Source: an uncultured Selenomonadales bacterium
GTDB lineage: Bacteria > Bacillota > Negativicutes > Selenomonadales > Selenomonadaceae
DNA length: 64,000 bases
NCBI GenBank assembly: GCA_937877655.1
Contig: CALFJC010000176.1
Location: forward strand, 4,607 to 68,606
Direction: 5' to 3'
Shown: positions 17,366-29,700 of the stretch, piece after piece
Layout of the letters: every line of letters begins with the position of its first letter
Position numbering within the stretch: position 1 is the stretch's first letter
Position numbers and translations under genes: made by a program
Notes under the pieces: model-generated
Database searches by the model: none
What the model was told of the DNA's origin: nothing
What the model saw: the letters and a program-made list of their open reading frames with translations, nothing else

Positions 17366-17424
17366 GAATTAGGAATTAGGAATGAAAAACCTATTCCCTA
17401 GTTCCTAGTTCCTAGTTCCTAATT
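17345..17424. repeat. Palindromic heptad array (AATTAGG-type arm / CCTAGTT-type arm) forming a hairpin between the convergent uvrC and nagA
   Basis: The left arm has five heptads and the right arm five, with a GAAAAA loop. The uvrC stop (17363-17365) and the nagA stop (17412-17414) both lie inside the arms. There is no canonical T-run. Confidence 0.85.
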
Positions 17425-18542
17425 AAATTCCCGTTTACAAAAGTCTTCTTAATGTTAAAGTCGTCGTCAAAGATTGTGATGTCCGCCGCCTTGCCGACTT
17501 CCAAAGAGCCCGTCTTGTCGAAAATACCGAGTTCGACGGCGGGATTTTTTGTTACGAGTTCGACGCCCGCCGCAATATCGGTTGAAGTGTTTTCGCAGAA
17601 ATTTTTTAAAACGTTGTTCAAAGTTGCGACACTGCCCGCAAGTGTTCCGTCTTCCAACGTTGCGACATTTCCTTTGACGAAAACTTTTTGTCCGCCCAAT
17701 TCGCTTAAACCGTCGCCCAAGCCGCAAGCCCGCAATGAATCTGTTATCAAAATAATTTCACTGCGCGGCTTGACTTTGGCAACAATTCTCTGCGCGGCGG
17801 GGCAGACGTGAACATTATCGGCAATGAGTTCGACAATCGCGCTTGAATCAAAAGCCGCGCCGACGACGCCGGGTTTTCTGTGATGAAGTCCGCTTTGGGC
17901 GTTGAAAAGATGCGTTATGTGATTTGCGCCGCGAGCAATCGCCGCCATTGCAATTTCGTAAGTAGCCGCGCTGTGACCGATTGAGACGATGATATTTTTT
18001 TCGCGACAACGATCGATAAAATCAAAATCAATTTCTTCAGGCGCAACGGTAATGATTTTAATCACGTCGAAGAAATTTTTTATCAAAGAAAAATCTGCGC
18101 GGATAATATTTTCTTCAGCCTGCGCGCCTTTAAATTTTTTGCTGATAAAGCCGCCTTCCATATTGGCTCCGAGAATTTTTGCGCCTTGAGAAAAATTTTT
18201 CCCGATTCTGATTCTCTTCAAAGCCCGATAAATTTTTTCAAGCGGCATGGTCATTGTGGTTGGCAAAAAACTTGTGACGCCCGTCGAAGGCAAAAACTCT
18301 GCAAAATTTTTCAAAGCGTTGATGTTTTCGTCCATAGTATCGAAACCTGCCGCGCCGTGAATGTGAATGTTTATGAAACCCGGCGACACGAAATTATTTT
18401 CCGCGTCGATAATCTCCGCGCCTTCAATCGGCTTGCCGACGGAAATAATTTTCTCATCGAAATTCAAAGCCGAGCCCGCGCAGATTTTAAAATTACCATT
18501 CGAGTCGGGCAGAATCAATCGCCCGTTAATCAAAGTCATCAT
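17412..18542 (-). CDS. nagA: N-acetylglucosamine-6-phosphate deacetylase
   Basis: Amidohydrolase HxH (FINIHIHGAAGFD) and NagA-like core (ITHLFNA, HHR). GGAGG (18555-18551) lies 8 nt before ATG 18542. Confidence 0.85.
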   Translation of the reverse strand: MMTLINGRLILPDSNGNFKICAGSALNFDEKIISVGKPIEGAEIIDAENNFVSPGFINIHIHGAAGFDTMDENINALKNFAEFLPSTGVTSFLPTTMTMPLEKIYRALKRIRIGKNFSQGAKILGANMEGGFISKKFKGAQAEENIIRADFSLIKNFFDVIKIITVAPEEIDFDFIDRCREKNIIVSIGHSAATYEIAMAAIARGANHITHLFNAQSGLHHRKPGVVGAAFDSSAIVELIADNVHVCPAAQRIVAKVKPRSEIILITDSLRACGLGDGLSELGGQKVFVKGNVATLEDGTLAGSVATLNNVLKNFCENTSTDIAAGVELVTKNPAVELGIFDKTGSLEVGKAADITIFDDDFNIKKTFVNGNLIRN

Positions 18543-18575
18543 AAAAATTTCCTCCATAAAAAATTATCAAAAACA

Positions 18576-18846
18576 GCGGTGAAAAAAGGGCGCACAGGAC
18601 GTGCGCCCGCCGGCAACAGAAACAGGATGTTTCTATTGCCGGCACACACGGCAAGGGTTATTTGCTACTCCGAATAATGAAGAACAAACGCCCCCGCGAG
18701 GTGCCCTTTCTTTTGCAACTTTTCTTTGGGCAAGCAAAGAAAAGTTGATCCTATAAATAAAAAATTATTTTCAAACTCAATCGAAGTGGCGAGCCGCCGA
18801 CAATGACGAAGGTTTTGCGAACCCACTTTTTAGAAAAAAGGGGGGC
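18576..18846 (+). repeat. Multi-hairpin intergenic repeat, copy C (long variant, plus orientation)
   Basis: GCGGTG...GGGCGCACAGGACGTGCGCCC, CCGGCAACAGAAACAGGATGTTTCTATTGCCGG, a roughly 60-nt insertion, CAACTTTTCTTTGGGCAAGCAAAGAAAAGTTG, a spacer, then CCCACTTTTTAGAAAAAAGGGGGG. Confidence 0.85.
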
Positions 18847-18986
18847 AATAATTCTTCAGGTAAAAGGATTTTTCGACGCAAGGTTGAAATTTCTTTTTGA
18901 AAACAGCAGAAAAGTTCTTTATTTTTTTTTCGGCGGCAATTATAATGCGAAAAGCTTTGCAAATAACATTCGAGGTGATTTTTTTC

Positions 18987-19355
18987 ATGGAACATTCTCC
19001 GGTAACGACGAACCCGTTGATTATCATGATGATAAACATGACGGTCGTCTTCATTGTACTTGTATCATTAATGTTTTTGATTAAGTTGATTCACATGGTC
19101 GATCCGACAAAAAAACCCGAAGTTCCCGAGCCGGTCGAAGAAGAAGAACCGCTTGTAGCCGTAAAATCGGAATCGGCTCCCGCTCCCGCGCCCGAACCTG
19201 TCGAGCAGGGAGTTTCTCCCGAAATAATCGCGGCAATCTCGGCGGCAATTTCGGCTTACGGTTTTTCGGGACAAGTTCGGGCAGTGCGAATCCTCAATCA
19301 CGAAGGCACACCTTGGCGCGCCTCCGCAAAATTTAACAATCTGCAACGCAAATAG
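18987..19355 (+). CDS. oadG: Na+-translocating decarboxylase gamma subunit (OadG family)
   Basis: A single N-terminal TM segment (LIIMMINMTVVFIVLVSLMFLI), a Pro/Ala/Glu-rich linker and EIIAAISAAISAY. GAGGTG lies 8 nt before ATG 18987. Confidence 0.7.
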   Translation: MEHSPVTTNPLIIMMINMTVVFIVLVSLMFLIKLIHMVDPTKKPEVPEPVEEEEPLVAVKSESAPAPAPEPVEQGVSPEIIAAISAAISAYGFSGQVRAVRILNHEGTPWRASAKFNNLQRK

Positions 19356-19370
19356 GAAGGAGTGATTTTT

Positions 19371-20504
19371 TTGGAAGCGTTAAATGCATTTTCCGTGTCG
19401 CTCCAAGCAGTTTGGAATGACAGCGGCTTTTCGGCGTTCACGGTCGGCAACGGCATTATGATTTTGGTCGGACTCATTCTTTTGTACATGGCATTTGTAA
19501 AAGAATTCGAGCCGCTCCTGCTCGGACCAATCGCCTTTGGTTGTATCTTGGCAAATTTCCCGAACACGGGATTTTTCGGCGAAGAAATGAACGTCATGAA
19601 GGCAATCAATTACGGCATAACCTATGAAATTTTCCCGCCGCTGATTTTCTTGGGAATAGGAGCAATGACAGACTTCAGCCCGTTGCTCGCCAGACCTTCG
19701 ACGTTGCTTTTGGGTGCGGCGGCGCAAATCGGCGTTTTCGTTGCATTGGGCGGCGCAATGCTTGTCGGCTTTAACGTCCACGAGGCGGCGGCAATCGGAA
19801 TTATCGGCGGCGCGGACGGTCCCACGTCAATTTATCTTTCAACAAAACTTGCGCCGCATTTGCTCGGAGCAATCGCGGTTGCGGCGTATTCATACATGTC
19901 GCTTGTCCCCATGATTCAGCCGCCGATTATGAAACTCATGACGACGCAAGCCGAAAGAGAAATTGTCATGAAAGATTTGCGGCAAGTCACGAAATTTGAA
20001 CTTATCGTTTTCCCGATTGTCGCAACGATTTTTATCAGCTTGCTTCTCCCGCCAATCGCGGCACTTTTGGGTTGTTTGATGCTCGGAAATCTTTTCAGAG
20101 AATCGGGCGTTACGGATCGTCTTTCCGACACCGCGCAGAACGCTTTGATTAATATCGTTACGATTTTCTTGGGAACAGGTACAGGAATGACGATGAACGC
20201 CGAAAGTTTCTTGAGAACAGATACTTTGCTGATAATCGGGCTCGGACTTGTCGCATTTATGGGCGGCACGGCAGGCGGCTTGATTTTCGGAAAAATCATG
20301 TGCAAAATGACGGGCGGCGCAATTAATCCGCTTATCGGCTCGGCGGGCGTCTCGGCAGTTCCAATGGCGGCTCGCGTAAGTCAACTCGTCGGCATGAAAT
20401 CAAAACCCGGCAATTATCTTTTAATGCACGCAATGGGACCGAATGTTGCGGGTGTTATCGGCACGGCGGTTGCGGCAGGTACCATGCTCGCCATGCTGAA
20501 ATAA
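19371..20504 (+). CDS. oadB: Na+-translocating decarboxylase beta subunit (OadB/GcdB/MmdB family)
   Basis: Polytopic membrane protein with FEPLLLGPIAFG and GGADGPTSIY motifs. Start is TTG 19371 (SD GGAAGGAG) or GVG-less GTG 19362. No alpha subunit in the window. Confidence 0.85.
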   Translation: MEALNAFSVSLQAVWNDSGFSAFTVGNGIMILVGLILLYMAFVKEFEPLLLGPIAFGCILANFPNTGFFGEEMNVMKAINYGITYEIFPPLIFLGIGAMTDFSPLLARPSTLLLGAAAQIGVFVALGGAMLVGFNVHEAAAIGIIGGADGPTSIYLSTKLAPHLLGAIAVAAYSYMSLVPMIQPPIMKLMTTQAEREIVMKDLRQVTKFELIVFPIVATIFISLLLPPIAALLGCLMLGNLFRESGVTDRLSDTAQNALINIVTIFLGTGTGMTMNAESFLRTDTLLIIGLGLVAFMGGTAGGLIFGKIMCKMTGGAINPLIGSAGVSAVPMAARVSQLVGMKSKPGNYLLMHAMGPNVAGVIGTAVAAGTMLAMLK

Positions 20505-20525
20505 ATCGTTTGACCGCGAAAATTC

Positions 20526-20561
20526 AACCGAACATTCAACGCCTTGTTCGGTTATTTTTTT
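20526..20561 (+). terminator. Intrinsic terminator after oadB
   Basis: AACCGAACA..TGTTCGGTT stem followed by T7. Confidence 0.75.
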
Positions 20562-20593
20562 AACGAAATATTAACAATCCCTGTTGACTTGAC

Positions 20594-20602
20594 TGATATA
20601 AT
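20594..20602 (+). promoter_or_regulatory. Extended -10 promoter (TGATATAAT) upstream of the giant gene
   Basis: Exact TGnTATAAT at 20594-20602. It would give a leader of about 180 nt. Confidence 0.45.
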
Positions 20603-20789
20603 GAAGGGCAGAATTAAGGAAGAACAAATTTCGTTCGATTAATTTTTTGTAAGAAACAAGGACAAAATTTTTCGGAGGTGAAGTTCATGAGGGAATCTGT
20701 AAAATTTTTTTAGGAGAGAAAATGCGGTTGAAAAATTTTTTACTCACGAAACCTTGACCTCCGCAAACTCAAGGAAAGGAGATAAATTT

Positions 20790-23700
20790 ATGAGGAATGA
20801 ATTCAGTTTCGACTTGCAACGTTTTGACGGCGTTTGGAAAATCGCGGACGAAATTTATTCGACCTTTACCGACGCGCTCGCCGTCATTGCGGGCAACTCG
20901 ACAATAAGTTTAACGACAGATTCTTCCGAAAAAGTGAACGGCACAATCCCCGCCGACACCGTAATAGATTTGGGCGGCAACACCTGCACAATCACGGACG
21001 GAGCTTTGACGCTTGGAGATAATGTCACTTTCACGAACGGCACTTTAAATATCGAAGGCGGCATTTTCACGGGCAATTTGAATTTCGGCGCGGGAATGAC
21101 TGTTTCAATAACGGGCGGCAATTTTTCCAATGATGTTTCGGCTTATCTTGCCGAAAATTTTTCGCTCTATCAAATTGACGAGACTTATACCGTTATCGAA
21201 AATGCCGTGCTGAATCTCGACTTGCCCGTTTCCTCCGCACGGGAAACCGCCACTTCGTATCCTATAACAATTCCTGCCGGCGGCAAAAGCGCAGTCATTG
21301 AAATCGGCGGTGTATCAAAAACCATCATATCAGGCGCGACAAATGCCATAACTGTTTCCACAGTTTCGGGCGGCGCGGTTGTAACGCTTTCAAATCCCGG
21401 CGAAGATTTTTATGTAAATGACGATACTTACAGAACTTATAAGCTGAACACTGCCGGCAGTAACGGAATAGTTTTAACGCTCGGTTCGGGCTCGGCGGTA
21501 ACAGTCGGTTCGCTCGATAAAAATGATGTCTTTTCGATTAACGACGAAAAATTTTCAATAACTGCTCTGGGAGTTTTTTCGGGTTATGACAGCGTCAACA
21601 CTGCCGACAAAATGATTTTAGGATCGTTGCCTTCAACTTTGGCTTTGACAGGTTCGACGCCCGACAATTTATCTTCCGCCTCAACTACTGATTGGTATAA
21701 AATTGTTGAAGTTGACAAAGGCGTGCTCAACATTACCGGCGCGAGCGATTTTGATACTTTGGCAGATTCTTCTTATTATAAAGGAGTTATCGCCGTCGAC
21801 ACCGACGGAGATACGGACGCCACACGCATTTTTTATGCCGAGCTCTCCACAACCGCCATAAAAGGTCAAAAATATATGATCTCGTCGATTACAAGTGCTT
21901 CGGTCGACAGTTCACTTGAAGGTACACTTTCAAACATTTATATTGCTTCAGATGTTTTGAGCGGCGGCGTTGTTTTTACGGAAAATTTTGCGGCTTCGTC
22001 AGCTTCTGCTCCGACAATAACGACGGATAACGCAACTTTTCACGTAGACAGTTCTGAAGGCTATTTCGTTTTGTCGGGCGGCACGACCATTCCCGTTTCT
22101 TTGAACAGTTCGGCTAAAGAAATTTCTTTAATCAGAGGTTCTTTGACTGCCGCCGTCACGGATCAAACTGTCACGACAGACAAATACACAATTTCTTCTT
22201 ATACGGGCGGCACTTCGGGCGACGGCATAGAATTAAACAGCGACAGCAACGGCAACGTTACTTTGGGCGATTTGGATGTCGGCGAATCTTTTTATTTGAC
22301 AAACGGATCTGTTTCCTCAACCTACACGATGACAAAAATCGGTTTGGTAAACAACGACGGCGAACTTTTGTTAAGACGGGGAACTTACAGCGGAATTAAA
22401 GAAAGTATCTTGCCCGTTTCTCTAATCACCAACGCAACGGAATACACTCCGCTTTATGCCTCCGAAGACATTGTCTCGATAACGGGAAATTACTCTTCAA
22501 ACCCTACGCTCATTTCCTGCGCAAATAATGCTCTGGCATCTCTTACTTACAACTCAAGCAGAAACATTTACAATCTGTCCACAGATTACGATACCGACGA
22601 ACTCGATTTGGGAAATTGGGCGGGAATTTACTTAAGCAACAGTGCAACGGTAAGTTTAAGCAAAGCCTTTATTGATGATGAAGAACCTTTGAGAATTACA
22701 ACGGGCAATTCATCGGGAACCATTGCCAATTTTGCCATTACCTCTCTTAAATCCGGTTCTGCAACGGGCACTACCTTAACCGGAAGTTCCACTTCTCTTC
22801 AAACCCTTTCTACCGACGCGGGAATAGCGGAAGTTCGTTTGTTCGGCGGCAGTTTTGTTTCTTCAAACTCAACCAAAGTCAATGTTTCGCTTAGTAATTC
22901 CGAAGATATAGACGTTACATCATCCTATTACACTGTGACGATATCCTCTGATTTAAATGGGGCAACCATGATCTCCGATCCTCGCAGTAATTTCGCGGTT
23001 GGAAGAGCTTCGCTCAGAAGTTCGGCGACATTGATAACAGACAGCGACGGCACTACAAGCATTGTTTCGGGAAAATATTTCAACATTTACGATTCGGCAG
23101 GTTTCTCCGATTCGGATTCACATGCCGAATATTCTTCGATAAGCGGCAATGTGACTTTCATATACGATACGACCAACGGCGGCGACGTATACGCTACGGA
23201 TTTGCAATACAATTCCACAACCTCAAACAACGATGTATTTCAATGCATCAAAGATGGCGACACCATTACCTACACAATGGTGAACAGGAAATTGCAATAT
23301 GAAAGTAAAAATACCGGCGGCAAAAAAGTTTGGATTAATGACGAAGGCAACAGCAATATTCGTTCCGGAACTCATGTAAATCTGAACGACGATTACTTCA
23401 GAAAAATAATTTCCTCTTCGGGCAAACTCACCATTCCTTCTGCCGCTTCCGATATGGATGACGGAGAAACCGTTCTTATTGTCGCCGAAGATCTCGATCT
23501 CGATAAAAGTTACGGCACTTTGACAAAGACGGATGAAACTCATTACAATCTTAATCAAAGTGATTCGGATAATTACGATTTGAGCGACATTGTAATTACC
23601 GACAGCTCTACCGTAAATTTCAGCGAAGATTTTTACAAAACCAACATTAATCTTTACGTCAGCAATAAAAAACAAACTTCCTTGCGCTCCGAAACTGCAG

Positions 23701-26700
23701 GCATGAGTTTTGCCGTAAGCGGCAGTGACGGCGTGGCTTACGTCACGGGCGCAAATGAAGTCAGCTTGATTAGCGGCACAATTTTAACCGACGATTCTTC
23801 TCAAACGATTTGGATGGGAAATTATTCAGTTTCAGCCAACCCGAACGATACGGTATCCGACGGCTTAAATGTAGTTGTGACAACTCTTCAAGGAAGTGTC
23901 GGCACATTTCAAATTGTCAATGACATTGATTACAACGAATCATTCATTGTAAACGGTATTGAATATAATCGCGGCGCATTGGGCTTGACTTTTGATGAAA
24001 CCGTTTCGGGCACAACCGTAACCAAATTTTATAAAGGCGATTTAATTCTTTCGGGAAGTGAAACCGTCACTACTGAAAGCCAAGCCGTCGGCGTAATTTT
24101 GGATGATTTGTTTACTGACAGCTTGTCGGGAATTTTGGCGGCGGCAGAATCGGGAATATACACGGAAGATCCTTCAAAATATGTTTTTGCAATCGGCGGC
24201 GAGCACAGCGTAAATGCTCTGGTTGTTGACGATTTGGACAAACGTTCAAAGAGACATGCAGATCTTCAAGTTTCAAGCGGAAAGTATGTCTTGACTACGG
24301 TTGACAACAGCGAATCTTGGGCTAATCTCGACGCAATTTCTGTTGTGAGCGGCGTAACAACTATTTCCAGCGTTTTCACTTCCAATGCCGACGGCGAACT
24401 TGTTACGATTATGACGGCGGGCAGTTCCCAAAATTCTTTGGGAGCCTCCTTCTTCGTCACCAAATCAAAAAGAGATATTTTCACGTTAAACGGTCAAGAT
24501 GATCGACCGACAATCGGCAACGCAACGGCATTAACTCTTTTGGACGGCGTGATAACTGCGACAAATACTCAAACCATAACGATCGGCGAGGGAGATACTA
24601 CCTTTCACTCGGCGGCGAATATGGGAATTTCCTTCGACAAAGAAAACTCGGAGGCGAGTTTAACCGCTGCCACAGGAAATGCCTTTACAGTCGACGGCGA
24701 CACTTACAGCGTTGTTTCGGGCAACGGAATGGACTTTTTCGTCGGAGAAGACGGCGGAGTTACCGTTGAAGGTTTGACTTATGCCGGCGGAGACGTTTTC
24801 ACTTACAACGACTCAACTTATTATCTGAAATCGACGGGCTTCGTGAAAAAAGATGCCTCAAATTATTTGTATCGTTGGGATAAAACCGATGATCATTCTT
24901 TGGCAGGCGGCTCGGTTGCAATTTCTGATCTCGAAACAAGCGGTAACTGGCAAGGTATTGTTACAATAACAAACGATACCGCTACAGTTGTTCCCTCCAG
25001 ATTCCACAGCCCGACGACAACTTTGATGGATAAAAATTTCAAAAATACCTACGGCACTTTGGAATTTGTCACGAACGGAATTTACAGCTTGTCGAAGGAC
25101 GCCGACGACTCCGCTACTCTCTCGGCAATTAATATCACATCAAAGAATATAAACACTCTTTCTGTTGACGAAGATTTTGAAGGCTTGACAATCTCTTACA
25201 ACAATTCATCCGTTAAAGTCGGAGATCTGAAAGCCGACAGCGACGATTTTTATCAAGTCTCCATTTCCGGCGGCATAATGGGTCTTTCGGGCGTGGCAAC
25301 TGCCTCGCTGATAAGCGGTTCGTTGCTGGCGGACAGCAATGTCGGAGTTTCTGTTTCCGTCAACAGTACTTACGGCACAGAATATATCAGAGCAGGCGGC
25401 TCGGCAGTAATAACTTTGATGGGCGGAACTGCCGCTGTCATTTTGGATCAAGACGATTATTTCTCCATAGGTACGGAATCCTACACTTTAGGCAAGCTGG
25501 GCTTGGCAAATGAGGATAAACAACTTTTAGTCAACGTTGACAGCAACGGCAAAAAATTTGTAGTAACAACAGCTTCAGGGCAAAATGAAACAATCGGCTT
25601 TGCTACCATTGCAAATCAAGATAATTGGTGTGATCTCCTCGCTCCCGAAAACGGAGTTTTGACAATAAGTTCTGCGCTTGAACTTACATCTTCACTTGAT
25701 CATTTTGTTATTGTCAATGATGACAAGACTCCCGATTATTATTACGGAAAACTTACTCAAGATACTTCTTCGGGCGGCTATTCCTTAGAAACAATGACAG
25801 GTGCCGATTCTGCTCTTTGGCCTACAAGCGATACTATTTTGGTTGACAGCTCGGTTGTCACGCTCAGCAGTGATTTCCAAAAGAGAAATATTGCGGGCGT
25901 AAGGTCGGAAGCTGCTTTCGTCGTCAATGACAGCGGAAATAATTCCTTTACCGTAGCCGATACAAGAAACGGCGCGATTATAAATGATGCAACAAAAATT
26001 TCTCAGACAGACGGCACAATCATTGCAAGTGCAAGAACTCAGACTATTACGGCGGGCAGCGCGCAAATTTCAAACTACAACACCGGCGACAGCATAAAAG
26101 TTGTTGTCGACGGTGACGACGCCAGCATTGCCGCTTTGAACAACGGAGATATTTTCCTTGTCAACGGCACGCGCCACACAATGGCAACGGATCAAAAACT
26201 CAGAACTGCAAACGAATTGTTCAGAGAAACTATTTCCGGCAGTGTTGCAGTCTCCGATTTGGTAAACGACGATTATTGGTACAAAATTATCAGCACGGAT
26301 ACCGAAGGTGCTCTTACGATCAGTTCTTCGACAACAAGCATTTTGTCCGACGGAGATTCGGCTTACATAATCAACGGAAGCGACATCGATACAATTTACG
26401 GATCACTTACAAGAACGACGCTCGGCGGCTACAGCTTGAGCAGAAATGACGATTTGAGTCAAAGCAGTAAGTCAACCTTAACGAGCATAGTTTTGGATGA
26501 ATTCCCCTTGAGTTTGACTTCCGATTTTAAAAATATCCCAATCATTTCGGGCAAAACAACTTTGCAGGCGACGACAACCGATGATGTCTTTGCTTTGGAT
26601 TATGATAATTATGTTGAAGTTTTCAATGCCGACGGAGTTTCTTTGGGCGGCGGCACGCTGAAAACTTCCGATTCAAATCAGACAATCCGCGCAGGCAGTT

Positions 26701-29700
26701 ATCGAATTCACGGCTTGAGTTTCACGGGCTCGGACAGCGCAATTACCGTCATAAGGAGCGGAAGCGTTGTCAAAGTCGGGGAACTTAATGTCGGCGAAAG
26801 ATTTGTTGTCGGCAAAAAAACTTACAGAGCTACTGCCGTAGGTTTGATTGAAGAAGATTCTTGGAAAATCTGCGACGATGACGGATATGATATTGGTTCG
26901 GGCGTTTTTACTGTCGATTCAAATTTTGAAAGAGATATTATCGGCGTTGAAGAAAAAGAACTCAATCTTTCCTCTCAAGCGGGCGCGGCGGTTATCGTTG
27001 ACGACATAAATGCTCCGACAGCCAGAATTGCCGATTTGGATTACGATTCGACGAGCGGCTTTACCGTCACGAGAAATTATGACGATTCGCTTACTTCAAT
27101 CGCGCTGGGCACAAATACAATCGGTCTCACGACAAAATTTAATACGACGGTTAGGACGACGCAAAGCGGCAACAATCCTACTTTCACTGTGAATAAAGAT
27201 CGTTACAAGTCGGCAAATGCCGCGCTGACGATTCAATCGGGCTCAAGCGACAATAATTCTTCGTTAATAAGCGGCGCGGTTGTTCTCGATACGGATACAA
27301 GCGCAGTCAAAACTTCCGACGGAGTAATTTCTTCCGTAAGCGGCGGCGAATTGATTTTCACGGCGGCGGCAGGTTCCGTCGCAACACTTTCCGGCTTAAA
27401 CAACGGAGATAAATTTGCCGTCAACGGCGCGTCCTACAGCGTGACGGGAGCAGGTTTGCTGACCGAAACTCAAATTTGGACGCCCTCAACTTATGAAAGC
27501 GTTTTGCTCGACGAAAACACAACCAACGGCTTGTTGAATACTGAAGACAACTGGGATTATATTGTTGCAGTTTCAAACGGCGCACTTGCAATTCCGCCGA
27601 CGGGATATCCGCAAAATGTGGAAGAATGGATTATTTTAAGCGAAGATTTGAATTCCAGATGCGGCACTTTGAAAGGCTCGGACGCCGCCGGCTATACTCT
27701 CGCCGCAAGTTCTTGGGATACAATCAACGCAATAAGCATTAACAAGGGCGGAATTTCTGTTGCTTTCCCGTCAAAGAGTTTCCGCAACGTCACAATCGAA
27801 GGAGCAGATTCGGGCGCGACGTTCAGAATCACGGACAATAAATCTTTCACCGTGACTGACGGCATAAACGGCGCGAGCATAACCAACGCAACAAGAATTT
27901 CTCAGTCAAGCGGCACAATCGCTTTAACCGATACAAATCAGACAATCACGACTTCCGCAAAGCACAGCATAAACGCCGGCAACGAAGGCGACGGAATAAC
28001 TGTCATTATCGATTCCGAAGGAGAAAAAGTCGGCGCGTTGAGCATCAAGGACACGCAGGACACTTTCACAATCGATAACACAGTTTATGAAATGCTCCCC
28101 AACGGAAGCATTCATCGCCCGACGGTAAGCAAATTCTGGACGAAAAGCATTTTGGAAGACGACAGCTCCATTTTGATTGATGATCTGCAGAACGAAAGTT
28201 ATTGGGGCGGCTATATCACAATCAGCGGCGGCGTGTTGAAAATTACAAGAGATGTTCTCGGCTCTTGGTCTTCGGCTTTTGTTGTCGATGAAAATGTTTC
28301 GACAAAAATTTACGGCACACTCAGCAAATCAAGCACGGGCTACACTTTGAACGGCGCGACTGCGATTTTGAGTCTCAGCAGTATCGAAGTTTTGACGGAA
28401 GCCCAGCCTGTAAGTTTGACTTCGGATTATGTGGACGTTTCGATTAAAGCGGGCAGTACCTACTTCAAAGCGACGGAAGCCGCGAGCGGTTTCAAAATCA
28501 ATTACACGTCCTCCGAACTCACTGCAGATGATGCAACGGCAATTACTTTGCTTGAGGGCGATTGGACATTGAAAGATGCCAATCAAGTTCTTACGGCGGA
28601 CGGACAGGTAATTCAAGTCGGCGGAACGAGTTCAACCATTTCCGTAAATTACGACGGCGCAAATATTGTAAACGTCACGGGCATTGACGCGGCGGGAGAG
28701 ATCGTCTCAATCAGCGGCAAAAAATATGAACTCACGGCGGGCGACGGAATCAGCGTCAACATTAACGACAGCATTCAAACCGTCAACGACATTTCGGAAG
28801 ACGATGATTTTTCAATCGCGAACGACAGATTTATCAAGAAAGAACCCGGTTTCATAAAATCCAACTCGAAAAACTATCTGTGGACGGCGGACGGAGATGT
28901 CACGGCAGGAATTTCTGTCGCCGAACTCAGCGATAATGACGAAAATTGGTCGGCGGTCGCAACGGTTGCAAGTGATGAAATTGTTATCGATAAAAATTCT
29001 TCGACGGCAATTCTTATCGACAGCGTAACCGATTTAAGCAAAATTTACGGCTCGTTGACTGTCGAAAATGACACTTACACTTTGACGAACGATAAAAATA
29101 ACGGAGCAGACCCCGCTTTAATTTCGATTAATAATGTTGTCGCGAGTCTCACTTCCGATTTTGCAAAAGTTCCGATTAACGCGGCGGGAGCATCTTTTGC
29201 CGTAACCGCTTTGACTTCCGGAAATAAATTTTCTGTCGACGCAACGGATACTTTTGCTGTTGTCGGCAACGCATCTAAAGTCAGTTTGACTTCGGGAACT
29301 CTGGCTGATTTGACGAAGGCAACGACCGTAACCGTTGATTCTCAAAGTGTTGCGGCAGGAAAAAATTCCACAATCAATGTCGGCTTTGACGGCTCGGAAA
29401 TTACTTTCAGCGAACTCGATAACGGCGAAAGTTTTTCCTTCGACAAAAACACTTACACTTATAAAAATGTCGGCGTCGTCAAGGGCGGCAGAACTCTCTT
29501 TGTAAACGATACACTTGACGGCTCCGTTACGGATACAATCCTTGAAGACTCAACCAATTTCAAAACAATGTTTTCTTCCGACGGCGCAACTCTCACGCTC
29601 CAAAGCAAAGCAAGCGGAGTTTTTGTCGACAGCGCGAGCACAGCTGTTTCAGCAGTTTATGCCATACAAGATTATGACAGCGCAAATAAAATTTATTCCT

